NCBI GenBank assembly: GCA_963727455.1
Contig: CAVSGG010000005.1
Location: 160,001 to 224,000 of the forward strand
DNA length: 64,000 nt
Reading direction: 5' to 3'
Source: Candidatus Krumholzibacteriota bacterium
GTDB taxonomy: Bacteria; Krumholzibacteriota; Krumholzibacteriia; JAJRXK01
Positions 28,781 to 39,057 of this stretch are shown one piece after another. Every line of letters starts with the position of its first letter. Position 1 is the first letter of the stretch. The notes under the pieces are model-generated. The model was not told the origin of the DNA. It saw only the letters and a program-made list of their open reading frames with translations, and did no database searches. The translations under genes were made by a program, and so were the position numbers.

Positions 28781-30321
28781 TGGAAGACAAGCAGGGCCCA
28801 TTGAATTCCTCTCGCGGAGAGGGTGTCGAAGAAGCAGGCGCGTGGATCCGCGCTACACTGGGCCGGGCACAATCGGGTTTTTATCATCTGGGATATTCCT
28901 CGGCCAACCCCGGAAGCTGGCAGGTTATCGACGAGCTGCTCGATGGTACCCATCTCGAAGAATTTCGTCTCGTCGCCGAGGGCTTGCGAGCCCATGCGAT
29001 TCCCGGCGAAGGTTTGGTTACGGTGGTCGGGGACGACCAGACCGATGCTCGAGCACGAACCTATCTGGCATTCCAGCTAGCTAGGCTCTTGGCCGAAGGT
29101 GGAGGTCGCGTTCTGCTCGTGGATGGAGAGTTCGAGGAAGACGGGCCAGGCGAGTGGTTGGGTGAGCTGGGCCGCGAGGGCTTCCTGGATGTCGCCCGTT
29201 ATGGCACTTCCCCGCGCTCGACTCTGCAAGCGGTGGGGGTGAACAATGTCGACCTCATGAGTGTTGGCAGTTACCGGCCCCGCGAGAGTGAGCCGCTGAG
29301 TACCGAGGAGTTGAGGGGAGCCCTCCGGCAGCTCAAGGGGCTCTTTGACTTCGTTTTGATCACGGCCCCCGCGCGCAACGCGCAGGGGGATTGCAACCCG
29401 CTTTTCTCCTACGGTGATGGTGTCTTGCTGGGACTCACCCTCCGAGGGGAGGCCAGGGACCGATTCGAAGGGCTTGCGGAGGACTTGATGAAGAGCGATG
29501 TCCCCATCTATGGGGTCATGGCATTTCCCGAGTCCGCCCCCCAAGCGTCTCCAAAAGAGCCCGAGATCGCTGCGGTCGAACAACGCCCCCCAGTGCTCGA
29601 GCCCAGAGTTCGTCACGTTGGCGGCTCTCCCTACCGGGATAGCCGAGCTCCTCATCAGAGCAGCATGCTCTTCCGCCGCATCGCCCTGGGAATCGGCTTG
29701 ATTCTGGTGGGTTTCCTGGGCGCGTGGGCTACGATTCAGTGGACGCAGCGACCCGGAGCTCAGCAGGACCACAAGATGTCCGGGCGGGGCGAGAGACTGG
29801 CGGTCCAACAGAGGAACTCCGACTTCCCGCCGACAGTGGCCGGTATCGACTCCAGCGTCGCCGAATCGGCAAAGCAGACTTCGGCCGCGACCGATTCCGT
29901 GCTCCCCGATAGCCTCAAATCCGCTATCTTGACCCCGGAGAAGGAGCCCGCCAAGTCTGAGCTCGCGGAGCCTAGCGGCTCGCGACCCTCGCCCGAGGAA
30001 GGGCCTGCCGAGAGCAAGGCAGAGGGCGCAGCGCCAGCGGACTCGACGGCAATGGCAAGGCTGAGGCTCCGGCCGGAGAATGGATATGCCCTGCATCCGT
30101 GGAGTTTTCCCGATTCGGTGCAGACTCTTCCTTCCCTGGCCAAGCTGCGCAAGGCAGGCCTTTCGCCAGTGGTAGTCGCGGCGGAGATTCCGGGCAAGGG
30201 CACCTGGTACCGGGTGATCGTGGGCAACTACCCGACCCGCAAGGAGGCTCTGAAGGCGCGCAGTCTCCTTTTGTCGCGGCCGGACGTGGACTATGTAGGT
30301 GTGGTGAGAGTAGCTCAGTGA
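28777..30321 (+). CDS. Degenerate BY-kinase/MinD-like P-loop domain + TM + low-complexity linker + SPOR domain protein
   Basis: LA..LA..G.RVLLVD, FDFVLITAP, a single TM (IALGIGLILVGFLGAW) and C-terminal KGTWYRV.VG.Y.TR.EA. Confidence 0.75.
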   Translation: MMEDKQGPLNSSRGEGVEEAGAWIRATLGRAQSGFYHLGYSSANPGSWQVIDELLDGTHLEEFRLVAEGLRAHAIPGEGLVTVVGDDQTDARARTYLAFQLARLLAEGGGRVLLVDGEFEEDGPGEWLGELGREGFLDVARYGTSPRSTLQAVGVNNVDLMSVGSYRPRESEPLSTEELRGALRQLKGLFDFVLITAPARNAQGDCNPLFSYGDGVLLGLTLRGEARDRFEGLAEDLMKSDVPIYGVMAFPESAPQASPKEPEIAAVEQRPPVLEPRVRHVGGSPYRDSRAPHQSSMLFRRIALGIGLILVGFLGAWATIQWTQRPGAQQDHKMSGRGERLAVQQRNSDFPPTVAGIDSSVAESAKQTSAATDSVLPDSLKSAILTPEKEPAKSELAEPSGSRPSPEEGPAESKAEGAAPADSTAMARLRLRPENGYALHPWSFPDSVQTLPSLAKLRKAGLSPVVVAAEIPGKGTWYRVIVGNYPTRKEALKARSLLLSRPDVDYVGVVRVAQ

Positions 30322-30370
30322 ACTCTCTCGACAGCAGAGCGGATTGCTTCAACACGAGGAGAAGGACAGC

Positions 30371-33300
30371 GTGAGACTGAAACGGGTGGAGATGGTGGGC
30401 TTCAAGTCCTTCATGGATCGTACAGTTCTCGATTTTCGCGATGGAGTGACTTCCATCCTCGGTCCCAACGGATGTGGCAAGAGCAACGTTGTGGACGCCG
30501 TGCGCTGGGTGTTGGGGGAACAGAGCCCCAAACAGCTGCGCGGCGAGAAGATGGAAGACGTGATTTTCAAGGGTAGCACGAAGCGCAAGCCGCTCTCCAC
30601 CGCCGAAGTTACCCTCGTCTTTGACAACACGACCGGTAGGCTGAACATCGAATACGAGGAAGTGGCAATCACCAGGCGGGTCTCGCGTGACGGTGGCAGT
30701 GACTACTTTCTCAACAAGACACCGTGCCGCCTCAAGGACCTCAAGGACCTGCTTTATGACACCGGTGCGGGGAATAACGCCTACTCCATCATCGAACAGG
30801 AGATGGTGGGCCAGGTCCTCAACCCCAACGAGAACAAAGTTCGTTCCATTCTCGAAGAGGGTTCCGGCGTAGTTCGTTACAAAGCGAAGCGCAAGGAAGC
30901 TCTCCGCAAACTGGATCTCACGGAACGCGATCTCCTGCGGGTCGAGGACATCATCGACGAGATCGGCCATCAGGTGAGAAGTCTGGCCCGCCAGGTGGGC
31001 AAGGCTCGTCGTCACAAGCGAATCTTCGGCGAGCTGAAGTCTCTGGAGATCATTCGTGCTCATCATGAGACGAAGGCGCTTCGCAGGGAGCTGAGCGAGC
31101 TGCAGGAGAGAATCGAAGTTCTGAAGGTGGAGGGTACGGGTGAGGATGCGCAGCTGTCGAAGACGCGCGCATCCATCGAGGAAATGCGCCCAGCGATCGA
31201 CACCCTCGAGGCCGAGCGGCGTCAGAAGGAACACGACTTCGCCCGCGTGGAATCGAAGCTGAAGCAACTCGAAGGCGAACTACTGGTGTTGAAGGAACGC
31301 CTGGAGAGCGGCGGGCGCCGCCTGGAAGAATTGGCGGAAGAGCGCGCTCGAACCCAGGAGCGGGCCACCGAGATCGAGAACGAGCTGAAGGAGGCGGTTG
31401 CGGAACAGGAGCAACTACAGAAGCAACTCGAAGCGACGCGAGAAGATGCCGCGGTAAAGGAGGCCGCGCTACGGACTGCCACCCAGCTCTACGAGCAATC
31501 CAGGAACTCCCTCGCCGAGGCCCAGCAACTGAGTCTCAGCTTCCTGCAGGAGGAGGCCGAGAGGAAAAAGGACGTCGCGACGCAGGAGACCAAGATCCAG
31601 TCTCTGAGCGAAAGAGAAAAGAGCCTCGAAGCCAAGCTGCGTGAGAACGAGGGACAGCGCAATTCCCTGCGCGAAGAGCTCGTGGAGGTAGAGCAGGACC
31701 TCGCTGCCCTCGAAACGCAACGCTCCGAGATCGAAGCCGAGATCGCGCGGCACCGGGATGCCGAAAAGCTCGCCGACCAGATGGTTGATCGGGCCCTCGA
31801 TGATCGCGCGTCGGCGGCGGACGATCTGGCGCGAGCAGAGAGCCGTCACGAGATCGCGGCACGCATCGCGGCCGAATACGAAGGATATCGCAGCGGCGCC
31901 GCCGCACTCCTGAAGGATGATTCTTCGCGGCGAATGCTGCGAGGTGCCCTCGCCGAGACCTTGACCGTGGCGAAGGGGTACGAGTCCGCATTCGAATTGC
32001 TTTTCGGTGAGGATGCGGACGCGCTCCTGGTGGATGATCTCGAGCATGCGCAAAAGCTCTCCTCGCGCCTCAGTAAGGAGAACTTGGGACAGGGCTCTTT
32101 CCTGGTCGATCTCGGAAGCGGCGCGGCGGGCACTGCTTCGAAGCAAAACCTCCCCGGGCAGCCGGCCCTGGAACTGGTACGGGTTCGCGGAATGGAGAGC
32201 CAGCACCTCCGCTCTTGGCTGGGGCGAGTCCGCGTGGTGGACGCCGCGCAGGATGCGGTCGATGCGGCCCTGAAGCACGCAGGCGACGGCGTCTCCTTCC
32301 TCGCGAAAGAGGGACTCTTCATACGCTCCGACGGACTGGTTCGCGGCGGCGTGGGCAAGAAGCGGGAACTCTCTCTCTTCGGGCGCAAGGAGCAAGTGGA
32401 GAGCTTGGCGGCGGAGGTGGAGGGTCTGCGCTCTCGCCTCCACGAGAAAGTCGAAGCTCTGGAAAGCTCGGAGAAGCGACGGTCCGAAGTGCGAGATGCA
32501 CTTGCCCAGGCTCTGCAACAGCTGCGCTCGGTCCAGGACGAAGTAAAGGAGGCAGCTCAGCTGGCCGCCTCCAAGCGTTCCGCCGTCCAGCACGCGGAAC
32601 ACAATCTCGAGAACCTGACGGCTGAACATGAGGATGTTAGCAAACGGCTGGCGGATCTCTTCGCTCATCTGGAAACCATGCAACGCGGCCTTGGTCTGCA
32701 TGACGTGGACCAGGCTGCTTCGCGTGAGAAGGTAAGTGAGTTAGGGGAGAGGGTGAGGCTTCAGGAGGAAGATCGCGGCAATGCCGCGGAGGCTCATGCC
32801 CAAGCGAGGCTGATTCTGACGCAGCGGGAAGGCGAGTCACGGGAGCTCGAAAGCCGTCTGCACCGACTGCGGGCGATGCAGCAGGACCTCGACGCCCGCT
32901 CCAGCCGCCTGCGCGACGAAGATCTCAGCTTGACCGAGCAGATGAGCAACTGGCGTACCCAACTCAGCGAGCACGAGACGGAGCTTGGAAGCTTGTTCCA
33001 GGAGAGAGAACAGCGCGAGGAGGAGATGCGCGGATTGCGCGAAACCGTGGATGATCGTCGCGCGGAATTGGAAAAGGCGCAGGAGAGCATGCGTGAGATC
33101 TCAGAACGGCAGCGTGCGAAAGAAAAGGCTCTGGGTGAGGTGGAAAACACCATTACCAAGAACCGACTCACCATCGACAACTTCGAGGAGCGTATCCAGG
33201 AAAAGTACCGGGTGGACATCGAGGGTGGGTTTGCGACCTTGAACCCGGAAGAACTGCCCAAGGAGCTCATCAAAGAGGACGACAGCTACCCCATGGAGCA

Positions 33301-34084
33301 GATCCTACAGCTCCTGGAGGATCGCAGGACGAAAATCGACAAGCTAGGCCCAGTAAACTTCGCCGCGATGGAAGAGTACGATCAGAAGAAGGTGAGACTC
33401 GAGTTCCTGGAGAAGCAGCGGGACGATCTCTTGGAAAGCAAGGAACACTTGCTCAAAGCCATCGACAAGATCAACCGAACCGCTCGAACACTCTTTCGTG
33501 AGACCTTCGAGTCAGTGCGCGAGAACTTCCGTGAGATCTTCACGACCCTCTTTGAGGGTGGAGAGGCGGATCTCGAATTGCTCGCGGCAGATGATCCGTT
33601 GGAGGCCGATATCCAGATCATGGCGCGGCCCAAGGGCAAGAAGATCGACTCGGTGGCGCTGCTCTCGGGAGGGGAGCGCGCACTGACCGCCATCGCTCTG
33701 CTCTTTTCAGTCTATCTCATCAAGCCCAGTCCGTTCTGTATACTGGACGAGGTTGATGCGCCTTTGGACGACTTGAACATCAGCCGTTTCGTGCGGCTCA
33801 TCGAGCGTTTTCAGGAGCACACGCAGTTCATCGTGATCACCCACAACAAGCTCTCCATGGAAGCGGCCGATCACCTCTACGGCGTCACCATGGAGGAAAG
33901 CGGCGTCAGCCGTCTGGTTTCCGTGAGTTTCGAGGAGTTGGACGCGGATGATCCTCTCGAGGCTCTGGAGAGCGCGGCCAAGAAACGGGAGCAGGAGCTC
34001 GGCTCGGGCGATCGCCTTGCGACCGCCAGCGTGGACTCTCCGGCAAACGACCGCCAGTTACGGCAGATGGAGGGGGAAGGTTAG
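30371..34084 (+). CDS. smc: Chromosome segregation protein SMC
   Basis: GFKSF, GPNGCGKSN, coiled coils, hinge G-x6-G-x3-GG, LSGGE and ILDEVDAPLD motifs. Confidence 0.97.
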   Translation: MRLKRVEMVGFKSFMDRTVLDFRDGVTSILGPNGCGKSNVVDAVRWVLGEQSPKQLRGEKMEDVIFKGSTKRKPLSTAEVTLVFDNTTGRLNIEYEEVAITRRVSRDGGSDYFLNKTPCRLKDLKDLLYDTGAGNNAYSIIEQEMVGQVLNPNENKVRSILEEGSGVVRYKAKRKEALRKLDLTERDLLRVEDIIDEIGHQVRSLARQVGKARRHKRIFGELKSLEIIRAHHETKALRRELSELQERIEVLKVEGTGEDAQLSKTRASIEEMRPAIDTLEAERRQKEHDFARVESKLKQLEGELLVLKERLESGGRRLEELAEERARTQERATEIENELKEAVAEQEQLQKQLEATREDAAVKEAALRTATQLYEQSRNSLAEAQQLSLSFLQEEAERKKDVATQETKIQSLSEREKSLEAKLRENEGQRNSLREELVEVEQDLAALETQRSEIEAEIARHRDAEKLADQMVDRALDDRASAADDLARAESRHEIAARIAAEYEGYRSGAAALLKDDSSRRMLRGALAETLTVAKGYESAFELLFGEDADALLVDDLEHAQKLSSRLSKENLGQGSFLVDLGSGAAGTASKQNLPGQPALELVRVRGMESQHLRSWLGRVRVVDAAQDAVDAALKHAGDGVSFLAKEGLFIRSDGLVRGGVGKKRELSLFGRKEQVESLAAEVEGLRSRLHEKVEALESSEKRRSEVRDALAQALQQLRSVQDEVKEAAQLAASKRSAVQHAEHNLENLTAEHEDVSKRLADLFAHLETMQRGLGLHDVDQAASREKVSELGERVRLQEEDRGNAAEAHAQARLILTQREGESRELESRLHRLRAMQQDLDARSSRLRDEDLSLTEQMSNWRTQLSEHETELGSLFQEREQREEEMRGLRETVDDRRAELEKAQESMREISERQRAKEKALGEVENTITKNRLTIDNFEERIQEKYRVDIEGGFATLNPEELPKELIKEDDSYPMEQILQLLEDRRTKIDKLGPVNFAAMEEYDQKKVRLEFLEKQRDDLLESKEHLLKAIDKINRTARTLFRETFESVRENFREIFTTLFEGGEADLELLAADDPLEADIQIMARPKGKKIDSVALLSGGERALTAIALLFSVYLIKPSPFCILDEVDAPLDDLNISRFVRLIERFQEHTQFIVITHNKLSMEAADHLYGVTMEESGVSRLVSVSFEELDADDPLEALESAAKKREQELGSGDRLATASVDSPANDRQLRQMEGEG

Positions 34085-34088
34085 GCCG

Positions 34089-35030
34089 GTGGTATTTGGC
34101 GCGCTGCGCAACCTGCGCAAGAGTCTAGGAAGGACTTCCGAACAAGTGGTGAGCCGCATTGGCGCGGCGCTGCGGCGTGAGGTGTATCTCACCGAGGAGT
34201 TCCTCGAGGAAGTCGAGGAGATCCTCATTGCGGCCGACGTGGGAGTGGAAGCCTCCACCGCTCTGGCCGAGAGCTTGCGCAAACGGCTGAAGGAGGAGGG
34301 AGCCAAGGCTCAGCTCGCCGATGTAACCCGGGTTCTACGCGAGGACGTCGTGCGCTTGGTCGGAGGTAGCTCCAGTGCGGATATGGAATTGGCGGGTTCT
34401 CCGCACGTGATCTTGATGGTGGGCGTCAACGGGGTGGGAAAGACCACTTCCATCGCGAAGCTCGCCCACTTCTACCAAGAGCGTGGAAGGAAAGTACTGT
34501 TGGCCGCGGCTGACACATTTCGGGCGGCCGCAGTCGATCAGCTTACGACCTGGGCGGAGCGAGCCGGCGTCGACATCGTCAAGCAGGCCATGGGATCCGA
34601 TCCCGCTTCGGTGGCCTTTGACGCGCTCGCTTCGGCCAAAGCCAAAAAGTGCGACGTGGTCATCGTGGATACGGCCGGACGATTGCATAACAAGGAAGGA
34701 CTGATGCGCGAACTCGAGAAAATCGCGCGAGTGTGCGGCCGCCAGGTCGAAGGGGCGCCCCACGAAACCATCCTCTGCATCGACGCCAACACCGGTCAGA
34801 ATGGCATTGCGCAAGCCCGCGAGTTTTCCGGAGTGGTCCCCATCGATTCCATTTTCTTGAGCAAGCTAGACGGTTCTGCAAAAGGCGGAATCGTGGTTGC
34901 GATCGCGCAGGCACTCGAAATTCCCGTGCGCTACGTCGGTACGGGGGAAGGCATCGAGGACTTTGCGCTCTTTGACGCCGAGGAGTTCGCGGAAGGTCTC
35001 TTCCATCTGCAGAGTGAAGAGCTCGAGTAA
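34089..35030 (+). CDS. ftsY: Signal recognition particle receptor FtsY
   Basis: GVNGVGKTT, DTFRAAA, DTAGR and SKLDGSAKGG motifs. Confidence 0.96.
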   Translation: MVFGALRNLRKSLGRTSEQVVSRIGAALRREVYLTEEFLEEVEEILIAADVGVEASTALAESLRKRLKEEGAKAQLADVTRVLREDVVRLVGGSSSADMELAGSPHVILMVGVNGVGKTTSIAKLAHFYQERGRKVLLAAADTFRAAAVDQLTTWAERAGVDIVKQAMGSDPASVAFDALASAKAKKCDVVIVDTAGRLHNKEGLMRELEKIARVCGRQVEGAPHETILCIDANTGQNGIAQAREFSGVVPIDSIFLSKLDGSAKGGIVVAIAQALEIPVRYVGTGEGIEDFALFDAEEFAEGLFHLQSEELE

Positions 35031-35059
35031 CGGGCCGTTCCCTTTCGGCCGGGAGAGAA

Positions 35060-36166
35060 TTGACCGTGCATTGCGATGAGCACTGGATGCGCCGGGCATT
35101 GACTCTGGCAGCGCCTCACGCCGGCGGCACCTGGCCGAATCCGGCGGTGGGAGCGGTACTGGTTCGTCAGGGCCAGGCGGTGGGGGAAGGCGCCCACAAG
35201 AAGGCCGGAAGCTCTCACGCCGAGATCGAGGCGCTGAGGCAGGCAGGCGAGAAGGCTCGAGGAAGCACTCTCTACGTCAGCCTCGAACCCTGTCACCACA
35301 CCGGCCGTACCCCTCCTTGCTCGAAGGCCCTGTTCGAGGCTGGCGTTTCTCGGGTGGTCTACGCGGTCGCCGATCGCAATCCTCGCGTTCAGGGAGGTGG
35401 GGGAGATTGGCTTCGCTCACAGGGCATCCTCGTGGAGGAGGGGCTCATGGAGAAGCGCGCCTGGGAGCTCAACCACCCCTTCTTCGAGACTGAGGGCGGA
35501 GCACGCGCTCATCTCAGCCTGAAAGTGGCGTTGAGTCTGGATGGGAGAATGGCCCGGGCTAACCGTCCCATCGAGGATGCGCGGCAACGACGCATCACGG
35601 GCGAGAGTGCGCATCGCATGGCGCATCGCATGCGAGCGAGAGCCAGCGTGATCCTCGTCGGACGCCGGACGGTGCTGTGGGACCATCCGTCGCTCGACGT
35701 CCGTCGGGTGCGAGCCCTGCGTCAGCCGCGACGGGCTGTCATCGACCCCCATCTTTCCCTACTGCCTGAGCAGCTGGGTTCGGGCCAAGCCCCTTGGTTG
35801 ATCTTTTGCACGAAGGCCGCGCTCGAAGCGCGCGGGGAGCCTCTGCGCGCGCGGGGGAACGAACTCGTGGCTTGCAATGCCAGCTCCAATGGTGAACTTG
35901 AAGGGACAGAGATCCTTCGGCATCTGCACCAGATGGGTCTGGGCCGGGTCTTGCTCGAAGGTGGATGGACGACCGCTACGCACTTTATTTCCAAGGGCTT
36001 AGTCGATCGTCTCTATCTCTTCTGCGCCCCGGTGCTGCTGGGCGGCGACGGAGGGGGCCCCAGCCTGTGGGCGGGGGCGGAAACCAGGTGGGAGAGCTAT
36101 CTTCTCCGCCGTCGCGGCGACGACAGCGAGTGGATTTTGCGAAAGAGAGGGCTGCCGCGGATCTGA
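35060..36166 (+). CDS. ribD: Riboflavin biosynthesis deaminase/reductase RibD
   Basis: PNP.VG, HAE, LEPCHHTGRTPPC, K.A.SLDG and LLEGG motifs. Confidence 0.93.
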   Translation: MTVHCDEHWMRRALTLAAPHAGGTWPNPAVGAVLVRQGQAVGEGAHKKAGSSHAEIEALRQAGEKARGSTLYVSLEPCHHTGRTPPCSKALFEAGVSRVVYAVADRNPRVQGGGGDWLRSQGILVEEGLMEKRAWELNHPFFETEGGARAHLSLKVALSLDGRMARANRPIEDARQRRITGESAHRMAHRMRARASVILVGRRTVLWDHPSLDVRRVRALRQPRRAVIDPHLSLLPEQLGSGQAPWLIFCTKAALEARGEPLRARGNELVACNASSNGELEGTEILRHLHQMGLGRVLLEGGWTTATHFISKGLVDRLYLFCAPVLLGGDGGGPSLWAGAETRWESYLLRRRGDDSEWILRKRGLPRI

Positions 36167-36227
36167 GACTTGGGCTCGCTGCTTTTGGGCTTGGGGCTCG
36201 ATCGATTGTCCTCGGGGAAGTTGGGTC

Positions 36228-36878
36228 ATGTTCACAGGAATCATCCAGGGGATCGGTGAACTCGTGTCGGTGCGACGCAGCTCGAGTGACCGTGTCCTCA
36301 CCGTCCAGAACGATAAGCTGGCCCCCCGCTTGACTCTGGGAGCGAGCGTGGCTCTGGACGGAGTCTGCCAGACGGTCGTGGAACTCAGCGGCTCGAATTT
36401 CACCGTGGAGGCAATGGCGGAAACGCTCCGTGTGACGACCCTGGGGAGCTTGAAGACGGGCTCCCGCGTGAACCTCGAGCTTCCGGTGGCTGCGGGTGAG
36501 GCCATGGGAGGACACTTCGTGCAGGGCCATGTGGATGGCCTGGCCAGCGTGGTATTTCGCCGCAAAATGGGCGAGGCCGAGCATTGGCGCTTCTCCACCG
36601 AAGCGGCCCTGGTCAGCCAGATGGTTCCCAAAGGGAGCGTGGCGATCGACGGAATCAGCCTCACCGTGGGCCCGGATTTAGGTCACGACAGCTTCGAGGT
36701 CTTCCTCATTCCCCACACTTTGGCCGAGACAAGCTTGGCCTCCAAGAAAGTGGGAGATCCGGTTAATCTGGAAACCGACATTCTGGGCAAGTATCTTCAA
36801 CGCTATCTGCATCCCGGCGAAGCGAATTCCGGCCAATTGAGCTGGGACTCTATCCGTCGTGCCGGACTGGCCGAGTGA
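36228..36878 (+). CDS. ribE: Riboflavin synthase
   Basis: [26 protein letters not shown] and IPHT motifs. Confidence 0.96.
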   Translation: MFTGIIQGIGELVSVRRSSSDRVLTVQNDKLAPRLTLGASVALDGVCQTVVELSGSNFTVEAMAETLRVTTLGSLKTGSRVNLELPVAAGEAMGGHFVQGHVDGLASVVFRRKMGEAEHWRFSTEAALVSQMVPKGSVAIDGISLTVGPDLGHDSFEVFLIPHTLAETSLASKKVGDPVNLETDILGKYLQRYLHPGEANSGQLSWDSIRRAGLAE

Positions 36879-36891
36879 GAGAGAAGAGGCG

Positions 36892-38160
36892 ATGGACGAA
36901 AGATTGAGGCAAGGAACCGCGGACCGAGAGAAATCTGACCGCTCTCGCTTCGACGCGATCGAAAGGGCCGTCGAGCAGATCCGGCGTGGGGGCATGGTCG
37001 TGGTGGTGGACGATGCGGATCGCGAGAACGAGGGGGACCTCATCCTTGCCGCGAAAATGGCCACCGCGGCCGACATCAACTTCATGGCGACGCACGCACG
37101 GGGCCTGGTTTGTCTCGCCGCCACGCCCGAGCGCCTCGAGGAACTCGAGATCCACCCCATGGTGCACCGAAACACCTCGCGGCTCGGGACGCGCTTCACG
37201 GTGTCCATCGATGCGGTCAAGAATACGAGCACGGGAATTTCGGCGGCCGATCGCGCGGAAACGATTCGCCAGTTTCTCGATCCCAAGACCAAGCCTCACG
37301 ACCTGGCCCGTCCTGGACACGTATTTCCCCTGCAGGCCCAGGCAGGTGGAGTTCTCACTCGAGCCGGTCATACGGAGGCTTCGGTGGACCTTGCGAGAAT
37401 GGCGGGACTTCCCCCCGCCGGCGTGCTTTGCGAGATCATGGACGAGGACGGAAGCATGATGCGCACGCCCGCTCTCATCGAGTTCGCGCGCCAGCATTCC
37501 CTGCCTCTGATCACAGTGCGGGATCTCATCGAGTACCGACAGCACACCGAGAAGCTGGTCAGGCGCGAAACCGAAGTCGTCCTGCCCACGCCCTTCGGCG
37601 AGTTTCGTTTGATCTCCTACAGCAGCAAGGTGGACAAGGAGCATCATTTGGCACTGGTCATGGGCGAGGTCGACAACGATGAACCGGTGTTGGTCCGCGT
37701 TCACAGCGAATGTCTGACCGGCGATGTCTTCCACAGTATGCGGTGTGACTGCGGAGCGCAGCTCGACGCGGCCATGCGACAGGTCGGTCAAGAGGGAACG
37801 GGAGTCGTGCTCTACATGCGACAAGAGGGTCGAGGCATCGGGCTCTTGAACAAGCTGCGCGCGTACGCTCTGCAAGACGAAGGGGCCGATACGGTGGAGG
37901 CCAATTTGAAGCTGGGGTTCCAGCCCGATCTGCGCCATTACGGAGTTGGTGCGCAGATACTCTGTGACCTCGGCGTTTCCAAGATGCGCCTGCTCACCAA
38001 CAATCCGAAGAAGATCGTGGGTCTTTCCGGCTACGGTTTGGAAGTCGTGGAGAGAGTGGCATTGGAGGTCGGTTCCAACGATACCAACCGTCGCTATCTC
38101 ACGACGAAACGCGACAAGATGGGCCACCTTCTGGGCGGGCTCGACGAGAAAGGATCCTGA
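36892..38160 (+). CDS. ribBA: Bifunctional DHBP synthase / GTP cyclohydrolase II
   Basis: [37 protein letters not shown] and LLTNNP.K motifs. Confidence 0.97.
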   Translation: MDERLRQGTADREKSDRSRFDAIERAVEQIRRGGMVVVVDDADRENEGDLILAAKMATAADINFMATHARGLVCLAATPERLEELEIHPMVHRNTSRLGTRFTVSIDAVKNTSTGISAADRAETIRQFLDPKTKPHDLARPGHVFPLQAQAGGVLTRAGHTEASVDLARMAGLPPAGVLCEIMDEDGSMMRTPALIEFARQHSLPLITVRDLIEYRQHTEKLVRRETEVVLPTPFGEFRLISYSSKVDKEHHLALVMGEVDNDEPVLVRVHSECLTGDVFHSMRCDCGAQLDAAMRQVGQEGTGVVLYMRQEGRGIGLLNKLRAYALQDEGADTVEANLKLGFQPDLRHYGVGAQILCDLGVSKMRLLTNNPKKIVGLSGYGLEVVERVALEVGSNDTNRRYLTTKRDKMGHLLGGLDEKGS

Positions 38161-38639
38161 TGTCCACCGTTTTCGAGGGGCACTACGCCAAGGCCAAGGG
38201 CAAAGTGGCAATCGTGGTTTCCCGCTTCAATTCGCTCTTTTCCAAGCAGCTACTCGAGGGCGCCCTGGACGGATTGCATCGGCACGGCGTGGGCGAGGAT
38301 GATGTCGATGTCGCATGGGTTCCCGGAGCTACCGAGATCCCCCTGGTGTGCTTGCGTATGGCGGAGACGGGCGAGTACGCCGCGATCATTGCGCTTGGCG
38401 CTGTCATTCGCGGCTCGACGGCGCACTTCGACTATGTGGCACAGAGCGTGAGTCGCGGGTGCGACCAGGTCCGGCTGCAGACGAAGGTGCCTTTGATCAA
38501 CGGAGTGCTCACCACCGAAAATCTGGAGCAGGCCATGGAGCGTTCAGGAACGAAGGCGGGCAACAAAGGATTCGACGCGGCCCTTGCCGCCCTGGAAATG
38601 GCGGATCTGTTGCGCCAATTCCCGCAAGGCGATGCCTGA
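38160..38639 (+). CDS. ribH: 6,7-dimethyl-8-ribityllumazine synthase
   Basis: SRFN, VPGA.EIP, GAVIRG.T.HFDYV and GNKG motifs. Confidence 0.96.
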   Translation: MSTVFEGHYAKAKGKVAIVVSRFNSLFSKQLLEGALDGLHRHGVGEDDVDVAWVPGATEIPLVCLRMAETGEYAAIIALGAVIRGSTAHFDYVAQSVSRGCDQVRLQTKVPLINGVLTTENLEQAMERSGTKAGNKGFDAALAALEMADLLRQFPQGDA

Positions 38640-38640
38640 G

Positions 38641-39057
38641 ATGGGTCGTCAGCGCAAGGCTCGAGAACTACTGGTGCAGGCACTCTACGCCAGCGAAGTG
38701 GGCGGAAAAGATCTGGCCGACGCGGTCCGTGAGCAAATCGAACGCCGTGGTCCCACTCCGGCGACCGTGGAGTACGTGGAGAGAGTCTGCGAGGAACTGC
38801 AAAGTAAGAGAGCGGAACTGGACAAACAGATCGACGCGGCTCTCACCGGCTGGAGTCCGGAGCGAGTAGGAGTCGTCGAACGTGCCATCCTTCGTCTTGC
38901 GCTTCTCGAGATGCTCCATATTGAGGAGACTCCAGCCAAGGTCGCGATCTCCGAAGCAGTCGATCTTGCGAAGACCTACAGCAGTGACGATGCAGCGCGC
39001 TTCGTGAACGGAGTGCTCGACCACATCTTGCGAGAGCACGAATCGCACCATGCGTGA
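38641..39057 (+). CDS. nusB: Transcription antitermination factor NusB
   Basis: RKARE...QALY, R.ILRLA..E, V.I.EAV.LAK.Y and FVNGVLD motifs (alternative start 38632). Confidence 0.93.
   Translation: MGRQRKARELLVQALYASEVGGKDLADAVREQIERRGPTPATVEYVERVCEELQSKRAELDKQIDAALTGWSPERVGVVERAILRLALLEMLHIEETPAKVAISEAVDLAKTYSSDDAARFVNGVLDHILREHESHHA

Noticed and set aside
35031-35059. FMN riboswitch upstream of the rib genes
   Set aside because: Only 29 nt separate ftsY and ribD, and the ribD-ribE gap has no FMN motifs
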